From Promethearchaeia archaeon (lineage in GTDB: Archaea; Asgardarchaeota; Lokiarchaeia; Sigyniarchaeales; SOKP01), in assembly GCA_029856045.1 (NCBI GenBank), contig JAHQWG010000028.1, positions 64,001 to 128,000 on the forward strand: a stretch of DNA of 64,000 nucleotides, in the 5' to 3' direction. Every line of letters begins with the position of its first letter. The stretch's first letter is position 1. The position numbers and the translations under genes are program-made. Positions 52,378 through 60,980 of this stretch are shown here, in pieces. Under the pieces are notes generated by a model. The model worked only from the letters and a program-made list of their open reading frames with translations. It was not told where the DNA came from and did not search any database.

Positions 52378-52763
52378 AGTTAGAAGGAAGAAAAATTTAT
52401 AAAGGAACTGCTGAGGCAGAAGCAATTGTAACAAAAGATGGTATTTCATTTTATGGTGGCGTTGACCCTGATACTGGTAAAGTTGTCGAGGTTGGACATG
52501 AACTTGAAGGTCAATCCATAACAGGAAAAGTTTTAGTCTTTCCTACTGGTAAGGGTTCAACTGTAGGGTCATACACAATGTATAGAATGAAAAAAAAAAA
52601 TACGGCACCAGTAGCAATCGTAAACAAACAAATAGATACAATCGTAGCAGTAGGTTGCATAATTAGTGAAATTCCTTGTGTAGATAAAATTAATATTAAT
52701 AATATTAAAACCGGACAAAAAGTTATTGTTAATGGTTCCGAAGGTACTGTGGAGGTGAAATAA
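52374..52763 (+). CDS. Aconitase X swivel subunit, probable phosphomevalonate dehydratase small subunit
   Basis: ISFYGGVDP.TG, HEL.GQSI.GKVLVFP..KGSTVGSY; overlaps the upstream stop; AGGAGG upstream. Confidence 0.9.
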   Translation: MKLEGRKIYKGTAEAEAIVTKDGISFYGGVDPDTGKVVEVGHELEGQSITGKVLVFPTGKGSTVGSYTMYRMKKKNTAPVAIVNKQIDTIVAVGCIISEIPCVDKININNIKTGQKVIVNGSEGTVEVK

Positions 52764-53730
52764 ACGGGAACTGGAAAAGGATATGGAAAGACCATCCTTT
52801 TTGGCGAAATTTTTTTCCCACTTCGGGGATAAACGCAATCATTTTGTGGTTTATGGTCTTCCCGCAATCGCATCGGCGTTAGGCGCTAATACAATCGCAG
52901 AAGTTAAAGTTGTTGAGGGACAAGGGTGGACTGTTGTCGATCAGAGACCCGCTACGACCGGCTATAAAAAAAAGAAATATGATGAAGGAATGCAATCAAT
53001 TAAAAATGTAATCAAGCATTTAAAAATAGATACAGAGAGTCAAAAACTTGGAATAACTTTTGCTGGAGATTTAATTGCTGCGAGTGGAGTTGGTGCTTCA
53101 GCGGCTCAATGTACATCACTAGCTCGGGCTTTAAACGACAGCTTTAATCTAAATTTAGACGATGAAAAGATAAATGAAGCTGCGTATGAAGGAGAGAAAG
53201 CATATCACGGAACCCCATCTGGTATTGACAACACAGCTTCAACTTATGGAGGATTGATTTGGTTTGTGAAAAACTTGAATGGTGGGAAAAATACTATGGA
53301 CCTCTTGCAATCACCAATAAAAATGCCATTAATAATCGCTAATTCAGGAATAACTGCTTCTACGATAGAAGTAGTTGCTGATGTTCGGCGTTTAAAAGAT
53401 AAAAATCCTAATAAATTTGAGAAAATTTTTAAGGAATATAAAGAAATAGCAGATAAAGCAAAAATGGCCTTACTTGAAGGAAATATTATTTCTTTAGGTA
53501 ATTTAATGAATCAAAACCACAAATTACTCCAAGAAATTACGGTTTCAGGAGAAATAAATGATAAATTAGTTCAAATAGCGTTAAAAAATGGAGCGATTGG
53601 TGCTAAAATGACAGGAACCGGGCGTGGTGGTTTAGTAATTGCTTTAGCTGAAAATAAAGAAATACAAGAAAAAATAGCCAAGGCAATCGAAAAAGGGGGT
53701 TATGATGCCTGGAAAACCATAATTGGATGA
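52764..53730 (+). CDS. mvk: Mevalonate kinase, split gene: exon 1 52764-52808, exon 2 52840-53730 (311 aa after joining); ACG start
   Basis: The joined product reads (M)GTGKGYGKTILFGE|HFVVYGLPAIA, followed by GVGASAA, HGTPSGIDN, LMNQNH and GAKMTGTGRGG GHMP motifs. Confidence 0.85.
52809..52839 (+). other. Candidate 31-nt bulge-helix-bulge (BHB/BHL) intron in mvk mRNA
   Basis: Insert ATTTTTTTCCCACTTCGGGGATAAACGCAAT lies between GAA and CAT. Helix GGCG/CGCA is flanked by 3-nt bulges AA^A and AT^C; cutting after the second bulge base restores GEH. Confidence 0.75.
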
Positions 53731-53742
53731 GATTGATTTAAA

Positions 53743-54552
53743 TTGAATAACAATAATGAAATTTATCTATTGAAGTTAGGTGGAAGTTTATTAACTGATA
53801 AAAATAGACCCTTTTCTATTAGGAAAAATGTTGTTAAAAGCGCAGTTCAACAAATTATAGATGCTAATGAAAAATTAATATTAATTCATGGAGGAGGTTC
53901 GTTTGGCCATCCTCTTGCAAAAAAATACAACCTTTCAAAAGGAATAGATGCATCGATTCAAAATCAAATTCTTGGACTTACTGAAACTCACCAATCAATG
54001 AACAAATTCAATTCCTATTTAATTAATCAATTTTTAGAAAAAAAATATCCTGTATTATCAATTCAAGCTTCCAGCATTTTCATCAAAGATTCTCAAAATA
54101 TCTCAACTCAATCGATTAATGTTATTGAAACCGCCTTAGATCTTGATATTTTACCTATTTTGTATGGAGATATAATCCTTGATTCAAAGGGGTCATTCTC
54201 AATTATTTCTGGGGACCAAATCATCGTTGAATTATGTGAAAAAATTAAAAAGTATAATATCTTTAAAGTTATTTTCGCTATTGAAAAAGATGGATTATTC
54301 ATTAAAGAAAGAGTTAATAGCAAATTGAATATAAAACTGGCGAGAGAATTAAAATTCGAAGATTTAGATATAATTGAAATCGCTGATTTAGAAAGTAAAA
54401 TTGATGTAACAGGCGGAATTAAAGGTAAAATTAATAAAATCAAACAAATTTGTCAACAAAATATTCCCGTTCAAATAATAAATGGTTTAAAAGATGAATT
54501 TATACTTAAAGCATTAAAAAATCAAAATATTATTTCAACCAAAATAAAATGA
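53743..54552 (+). CDS. ipk: Isopentenyl phosphate kinase
   Basis: LKLGGSLLTDK, HGGGSFGH, GD, ISGD, DVTGGI.GK. Confidence 0.92.
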   Translation: MNNNNEIYLLKLGGSLLTDKNRPFSIRKNVVKSAVQQIIDANEKLILIHGGGSFGHPLAKKYNLSKGIDASIQNQILGLTETHQSMNKFNSYLINQFLEKKYPVLSIQASSIFIKDSQNISTQSINVIETALDLDILPILYGDIILDSKGSFSIISGDQIIVELCEKIKKYNIFKVIFAIEKDGLFIKERVNSKLNIKLARELKFEDLDIIEIADLESKIDVTGGIKGKINKIKQICQQNIPVQIINGLKDEFILKALKNQNIISTKIK

Positions 54553-54562
54553 GCAAAGAATT

Positions 54563-55645
54563 ATGAATGAAAATGATATAAATAAGAGAAAACTGGATCA
54601 TCTAAAAATCCCAATTGAGGAGGATGTTCAACATTCTGAAAATTACTTCAAATATATTAAATTAATGCATCATTCTCTCCCTGAGGTAAATTTTGAAGAT
54701 ATCGATTTAACTACAAAATTTTTTGATAAACAAATATCGGCACCTATTTGTATTGCGGCTATAACTGGCGGACATGAAATTTCTAAAGAAATCAATAGGA
54801 TTCTTGCTACAGCCGCAGAATCAGAGAAAATCATAATGGGAGTGGGTAGTCAACGTGCTGGATTAGAAGATCTATCAACAGAGAACTCCTTTAAAGTGGT
54901 TCGAGAAGTTGCGCCTAATATTCCACTAATTGGAAATATTGGTATAGGGCAAATAAGTGAGAAAAATTTCAAAATTGAAAATTTTAAAAAATGCATTGAT
55001 ATGATTAACGCTAACGTAATGGCAATACATTTCAATGCTTTACATGAATTAGTTCAGGATAATGGGAATATCTCATATAATCTTTTCCGTTCAAATTTTC
55101 AAAAAATAAGAGAAAATATTAAGATTCCAATAATAGCAAAAGAAGTTGGAACTGGAATTAGTAAAGAAATGGCTTTAACACTTGAAAATCTCGGATTTGA
55201 TGGATTTGATGTAGGGGGTTCAGGTGGAACAAGTTTTGCTGCAATTGAATCAAAGCGAAAGAGTTATGTCGTTGAAAAATATTCACGTAACCCAGCAGAT
55301 CTTTTTAAAGATTGGGGAATACCAACTCCTGTAAGTATAATTAATGTAAGGAAAGTTTCAAATAAATTTATTATTGCGACCGGTGGACTTAGAAATGGAG
55401 TTGATATTGCTAAATCCATTATTTTAGGTGCTGATATTGGCGGATTTGCTTATAATTTCCTAGTATCTGCGTGGAAAGATTATCAAAATGATACTATTAG
55501 CAATACCATAAAGGAAATTAGAACTTTAAAGCATGAGATACGCTCTTGTCTATGGTTAATGAATTTAAAGAATATAAATGAATTAAAGAATAGTTCTAAT
55601 AAAAGAGTTATTCTTGGTATATTATATGAGTGGTTAAATCAATAA
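54563..55645 (+). CDS. fni: Type 2 isopentenyl-diphosphate delta-isomerase
   Basis: RKLDH, ITGG, GVGSQR, HFNALHE, KEVGTG, GGTSF, WGIPT, TGGLRNG.D.AK. Confidence 0.95.
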   Translation: MNENDINKRKLDHLKIPIEEDVQHSENYFKYIKLMHHSLPEVNFEDIDLTTKFFDKQISAPICIAAITGGHEISKEINRILATAAESEKIIMGVGSQRAGLEDLSTENSFKVVREVAPNIPLIGNIGIGQISEKNFKIENFKKCIDMINANVMAIHFNALHELVQDNGNISYNLFRSNFQKIRENIKIPIIAKEVGTGISKEMALTLENLGFDGFDVGGSGGTSFAAIESKRKSYVVEKYSRNPADLFKDWGIPTPVSIINVRKVSNKFIIATGGLRNGVDIAKSIILGADIGGFAYNFLVSAWKDYQNDTISNTIKEIRTLKHEIRSCLWLMNLKNINELKNSSNKRVILGILYEWLNQ

Positions 55646-55651
55646 TTCTGC

Positions 55652-56719
55652 TTAAAACTTACGCTCAATGACATATTTTAGTAAATTTTCAAAAAATTCT
55701 GCCTCAGATTGATTAATATTTGGAATTAACTCATCAAGCTGAATCCTAGCAATTTTAGCATAATCATTTACTAGGTTCTTACAAGAATATACAGTCTCAG
55801 CTTCAAGAAATAAATCCTTGACTTCTTGAATTTCCTCATCTTTTATATCAGGATTTCCAATTAAATCAAGGATCTTTTCTTTTTTATTGTAATCTAATTT
55901 TTCAAGAGCATCTATTAACAAACAAGTTTTCTTACCTTCCCTTATATCTCCATTTGTAGGTTTTCCAGTAATTTTTTCATCTCCAAAAGTTCCTAATATA
56001 TCATCGGTCATTTGAAAGATGATTCCTAGATTAATCGCATATTTAGAGATGTTTTGAAGAAATTTATCCTCAACTCTAGCATAATTCGCGCCAATTAACA
56101 TTGCTTTTTCTATTAATGCACTGGTTTTTAATGAAATCATTTCAATATATTCTTGCATTCGTAAAGATTCTCGATTTACCATGTCTAATTCGATTAATAC
56201 ACCATTACTGATCTCTTTAAATGCCTGTTCATAATATTTAATAGCTGTAAGATTTTGGTCGAGATTAAACTCATTATCAAAAAAAGCTTCTAAACCAAAA
56301 AAGAACGCTGAATCTCCACCTATAATCCCTATAGAATTACCATAATCTTCTTTATTCATTTTTTGAAACGTTAACTTCGAATAGTATTGTTTAAATCTAT
56401 AATGAAATGCGGGACAATTTCGCCTAAAATCATCCTTATCTATAATATCATCATGAATTAATGAAGCGTTATGAAGAAATTCTACACCTACACTGGGAGA
56501 AACAATCTTATCATCTCTTTCGAGGTTAAATGCGTTATATGTAGCAATGCAAATCAAAGGTCGTAAACGTTTTCCACCAACTAAAAAATAATCCATTAAC
56601 TCTTGATAATAATCTTTTAAAAATGGATTCTTTACCTCATTTAACTTCTTTTCATAAATTCTCTTTATCGCATTATTGATTTTAGGCTTGTACATATTCA
56701 AATATTCTGGAACTTTCAT
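55652..56719 (-). CDS. idsA: trans-polyprenyl (geranylgeranyl) diphosphate synthase
   Basis: GGKRLRP, SLIHDDIIDKDDFRR, KTSAL, FQMTDDIL, GKP..GDIREGKKT. Confidence 0.92.
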   Translation of the reverse strand: MKVPEYLNMYKPKINNAIKRIYEKKLNEVKNPFLKDYYQELMDYFLVGGKRLRPLICIATYNAFNLERDDKIVSPSVGVEFLHNASLIHDDIIDKDDFRRNCPAFHYRFKQYYSKLTFQKMNKEDYGNSIGIIGGDSAFFFGLEAFFDNEFNLDQNLTAIKYYEQAFKEISNGVLIELDMVNRESLRMQEYIEMISLKTSALIEKAMLIGANYARVEDKFLQNISKYAINLGIIFQMTDDILGTFGDEKITGKPTNGDIREGKKTCLLIDALEKLDYNKKEKILDLIGNPDIKDEEIQEVKDLFLEAETVYSCKNLVNDYAKIARIQLDELIPNINQSEAEFFENLLKYVIERKF

Positions 56720-57031
56720 AATTTCAATATTTCAACTTGTAATGAATCAATATAGTAAATATTAATTAAAGAAATATTATTAAAAGAATCTAAATATTTT
56801 TATATTTTTTCAGAACTTTAAGCGTTTAAATTTTTAAAAGTTATTAAATAATTTTATTTATTTTTTCTTGATTTTTTTTTTCTTAAAGTGAGAATGTATA
56901 TTAGTTAAGAAAATGTGAAAGAAATTACGTAAGTAAATAGAAGAAAAAGTTTTACTTTTTTATAAAAAAAAATTATGTTTATAAATAATAATGACTCCAT
57001 ATTAGATAGAAAAACCAATGGTGGATAATTT

Positions 57032-57355
57032 ATGATAAATAATAAAAATGAATGGAATCAATTAAAATTAAATTTAATTAAGGCAGATGCTAATTCTAGA
57101 AAAAATATTTCAAAAGCCATATTAAAATCCTTAAGAAAAGAATTAATTGAAAAATTAAATAAGAAACTAGACATACTTAAGGGAAAATTTTTTAATATTG
57201 ATTTCGATTCTAAAACTAAAACCTATTCTATGTATGATCCCACCATCACTGAGAAATATTGTGATATTGTCGGTGAAGATGAAATTAGCTTTTTTTTAGA
57301 AGCATTATTATATGAATATATTGGGTTATATGAATCACGAAGAGTAAGAATCTAA
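57032..57355 (+). CDS. Hypothetical protein
   Basis: 107-aa ORF with ATG start in an otherwise empty region. Confidence 0.5.
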   Translation: MINNKNEWNQLKLNLIKADANSRKNISKAILKSLRKELIEKLNKKLDILKGKFFNIDFDSKTKTYSMYDPTITEKYCDIVGEDEISFFLEALLYEYIGLYESRRVRI

Positions 57356-57520
57356 AAAATAAAGCAAGGTACTCTCTTTTTACTTCATTTCAAGTGTTAA
57401 TTTTATTAGAAAATTGATTATATTATAATATTATAAGTCCAAAGAATTACTAGTTAACACTTATACTTGGGAAAGCGCTACTTGGTTGTTCTAAACACTA
57501 TATATTCATTAAAAAAGTGA

Positions 57521-57727
57521 AAAAAAGAGAAACAGATAAAAATTGCAACTCTAGCCATAGCACATGGTGGAAATATACGATTAGGAACTGAAGATTATCC
57601 TTTTATTAAGAAGTGGATTCCTGCAAAAGATAAAGCCGAACTTATAGCTCGAATGGTAAGAATATGTAAAGAAATGGGACGAGAAATTGCAGATCCATTG
57701 GATGCACAGAAAATTTTAGGGGTCTAA
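57521..57727 (+). pseudogene. C-terminal remnant of a beta-keto acid cleavage enzyme (BKACE/Kce, DUF849)
   Basis: The frame reads KIATLAIAHGGNIRLGTED...AELIARMVRICKEMGREIADPLDAQKILGV*, matching the GGxVRVGLED...GRxIAxP family end. TGA at 57518 and no start codon for the homologous part. Confidence 0.75.
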
Positions 57728-57849
57728 TCTAATTGTCGGTTTATCAAATTTTATTGGTATAAGAAAAAAAAATTTATATATTTTTATCTTAAGTGAAATT
57801 ATCATTAATAAGAATTTATTAAATTAAATTTAAATAAAGAGTTAAAAGT

Positions 57850-59328
57850 ATGAAAATTCAAATAGTATTTATTGGTAAACCTCAATGGGAGGCTGGCTGG
57901 CCTTATTTAGGATATGATAATGAACCTTTGAGAACATCCATTCTCAACCATCTAAACAAGAAATATCCTAAAGTTGAGTTTAGCCAGAGTGAAATGGTTT
58001 CAACTGACGATGAGCAATTAGTTAAGAAAATCAAAGAAGATATTTTTAACGCAGATGGGATATTAATCTATACCATTGGTCACTATGGTGAGCCAGCAAT
58101 AGTAAAAGCAGGCATAGAATTTATCGAAATTGGGAAACCTACAATTTTAGCAAATTATATCTATGGGGGAGATCATACATTTACAAAAATTTACACCACA
58201 ATAAAAGATAAGAATTTACCTGTAATTCCTATATCTTCACAAAATATTGAAGATTTTGATAAACAAATTGAAAATATGATTAATATCCTAAATATTAAAG
58301 GAAAGAAAGTCTTAGTTTATGCCACCGATTCAAAAAAGATAAATTGGGAGGGACTTTTGGGATTGGTAAATCCAGAAAGGAAAAAAGTTTTGAAAGAACA
58401 TCCAGAATTCATTGAACAAATTGGAAAAATGAGAGAGGGAGAATCTGAATTGTATCTCGATTTAATTGGACTTGACCAAGCACATCAATGGAGAAGAGAT
58501 GAGGATAAATACAAAGAAAATCTTAAAAAGATTTTTGGAATTGAGATGATAAGAGAAAATCCAGAAGACATTAGAAAGTATTATGATGAAATAAGTGAAG
58601 AAAAAGCTACCAAAATTGCAGAGAAATGGATTAAAAATGCAAGAGAGATTGAACCTACTGAAAAAACCATTTTAAATTCTGCAAAATTATATCTGGCGTT
58701 TAAAAATATCTTAAAAGAAAAGAAATACGATTTTGTTGCTCCTGACTGCGGAACTCTTCTTATAAGTGGTATTTTTCCAGCTTATCCTTGCATGGCTTTC
58801 TTCGAATTAAGTAATGAAGGTCTTTATGGAATTTGCGAATCGGACATGGATTCTGCTACAAGTTATATTTTTGGTTTATATTTAACTGGACGACCGGGAT
58901 ATGTTTCAAATCATGCTCTTGATTTAGTCAATAATCAAGTTACTTACATGCATTGTCTTGCTCCAAATAAATTATATGGTGTCGATGACCCTTCTGCCGA
59001 ATATGATATTGTATATCACGGAGAAACTGGATTTTTAGGAGCGACTCCTCGCGTTAAATTCCCAATAGGAGAGATTGCAACAACGATAAAAATCAGTGTA
59101 TTTGAAAAAAAAATTGCCATCCGTCAAGGAAAGATTATAGATAATGTCGTAGATAAAAAAGGATGCACCTCGAAGATGCTTGTAGAAAGTGATGTGAAAG
59201 CGATTTTGGAAAATTATGACTGGGAGACCTTTGGCTGGCATAGAGTAACTTTTATTGGAGACTGGAAAGAAAAATTTGTAATTGGCGCTAAATTGCTTGG
59301 ATTAGATGTTATAGAAGAAGATAAATAA
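57850..59328 (+). CDS. Fucose/arabinose isomerase-like protein
   Basis: AYPCMAF, ICESD, MHCLAP, HGE, GWHRV motifs. Confidence 0.7.
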   Translation: MKIQIVFIGKPQWEAGWPYLGYDNEPLRTSILNHLNKKYPKVEFSQSEMVSTDDEQLVKKIKEDIFNADGILIYTIGHYGEPAIVKAGIEFIEIGKPTILANYIYGGDHTFTKIYTTIKDKNLPVIPISSQNIEDFDKQIENMINILNIKGKKVLVYATDSKKINWEGLLGLVNPERKKVLKEHPEFIEQIGKMREGESELYLDLIGLDQAHQWRRDEDKYKENLKKIFGIEMIRENPEDIRKYYDEISEEKATKIAEKWIKNAREIEPTEKTILNSAKLYLAFKNILKEKKYDFVAPDCGTLLISGIFPAYPCMAFFELSNEGLYGICESDMDSATSYIFGLYLTGRPGYVSNHALDLVNNQVTYMHCLAPNKLYGVDDPSAEYDIVYHGETGFLGATPRVKFPIGEIATTIKISVFEKKIAIRQGKIIDNVVDKKGCTSKMLVESDVKAILENYDWETFGWHRVTFIGDWKEKFVIGAKLLGLDVIEEDK

Positions 59329-59462
59329 ATAGATTTTGATATAACTTTTTGAATCTATGCCCAAATGAATAATCCTTAAAAAACCAGAAAATCTTAAATA
59401 TTGCCTAATCTGATTTGGAAATAACTTTATATACTCAGAGAATTAAATTTAATTTGATTACT

Positions 59463-60824
59463 ATGAATGAAAAAAAAGTAAAAGATAAAGTACATTCTTT
59501 AAGCGGACATCTTCTGTATTCTCTGGGAGCTATTCCTTCATCACTTCCATATCAAATAGTAGGTTCTTTTATTGTATTGTTTTATCAAGTAACAATTGGA
59601 CTTGATCCTCTTCTATTTGGTACTTTATGGGTAATTTATGGTATCTGGAATGCAATTAATGATCCTTTAGCTGGGTATTTAATGGATAAAAAGGTGACTA
59701 AATGGGGTCGTCGAGTTCCATACATTATCGTTGGAACTATTCCTTTTACTGTTGGATTTATGCTTTTATGGTGGGTTCCATGGACAGATCAGATAGCTAT
59801 ATTTTTTCATGCTTTACTAATGCTATTTTTATTCGACCTTGGTTTCACATTGGCAATGACTGCTTGGTCTGCATTGTACACGGAAATGTATGAAGATGAA
59901 GCAGAAAGAGCAACAATGGTAGCTATGAAAGATACCTTTGCGTTTATGTCAGGTATGGTTGGTGTTATAATAGCTCCTATGGTTGCTTCAGCTACTAATT
60001 GGACACTGACAGGTATAATTTTTGGATTAACAATACCAATCTCTATGTATTTATCACTTCTCGGAACTGAAGAAAGAAAAGAGTATCAAATAGATAAACC
60101 TTTATCATATATTCCTGCATTTAAAGAGACTCTTACGAATAAGCCATTCTTAATTATTACATTGACATATGCAATTACTGACACTGTATTTGGCTTAACC
60201 ATGATGGTTCTTCCTCTTTATGCTTTATTTGTTCTGGAAGTGGAAGAAGGATTGGTTGGTGTTGGTCTCTTGGGAATCGCATTAGGAATTCTTATTAGTG
60301 TGCTATTTTGGAGATGGATGTATGCAAAAAAAGGACCAAAATATGGATTACTCCTATCACTGGGAATATTTACGGCAACAATTTGGCCTATTTTTCTTGT
60401 AAATGATTTTACCATGCTAATACTTATAACAATCATACCAGGTTTTGGAGTAGGTGGAATGTTGATGACTGAACCAGCAGTCAGCGCAGCGATTGATTAT
60501 GATGAATTGAAAACTGGAAAAAGACGTGAAGGAACGTATAACGGAGTTTTTGGATTTATAGTAAGGTTATCTCTTGTGTTCACGGCTGTAACTCTAGCAA
60601 CTGTTCAAATATTTACTGGCTTTGAATCGGGAGCAGACACTCAATCACCCACTGCTTTATTCGGTTTAACATTATTAATGTCACTAGTTCCTGTTCTTGG
60701 AGGATTATGTGCCTTAATAGCTTTTAAATTCTTCCCAATAAACTACAAAAATTTCTGCGAACAACAAGAAAAACTAAAGGTTCTTCATGAAAAACGATTA
60801 ACTGAATTAGAAAAAACTCAATAA
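59463..60824 (+). CDS. MFS transporter, GPH (MelB-like) family
   Basis: WNAINDPL.GY.MD...WGRRVPY, IDYDELKTGKRREG. ATG 59463; the ORF track starts at TTG 59415. Confidence 0.9.
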   Translation: MNEKKVKDKVHSLSGHLLYSLGAIPSSLPYQIVGSFIVLFYQVTIGLDPLLFGTLWVIYGIWNAINDPLAGYLMDKKVTKWGRRVPYIIVGTIPFTVGFMLLWWVPWTDQIAIFFHALLMLFLFDLGFTLAMTAWSALYTEMYEDEAERATMVAMKDTFAFMSGMVGVIIAPMVASATNWTLTGIIFGLTIPISMYLSLLGTEERKEYQIDKPLSYIPAFKETLTNKPFLIITLTYAITDTVFGLTMMVLPLYALFVLEVEEGLVGVGLLGIALGILISVLFWRWMYAKKGPKYGLLLSLGIFTATIWPIFLVNDFTMLILITIIPGFGVGGMLMTEPAVSAAIDYDELKTGKRREGTYNGVFGFIVRLSLVFTAVTLATVQIFTGFESGADTQSPTALFGLTLLMSLVPVLGGLCALIAFKFFPINYKNFCEQQEKLKVLHEKRLTELEKTQ

Positions 60825-60980
60825 ATCATTAATCTAAAATTTTTTTTTCTTTTTTTAATAAACGGGAGCTATAATTAATATTTAATCAAAAATTTCTTAT
60901 GGTCATTTACAGAATTTTTATTAGTTTATTTATTCTACAATTAATTAAAAAGATTTTTATGAATAATATGTGAAAAAATT

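Noticed and set aside
52783-53730. ORF-track model of mevalonate kinase starting MERPSF
   Set aside because: Its first 19 residues are non-homologous; the conserved GKTILFGE is in another frame upstream of the 31-nt insert.
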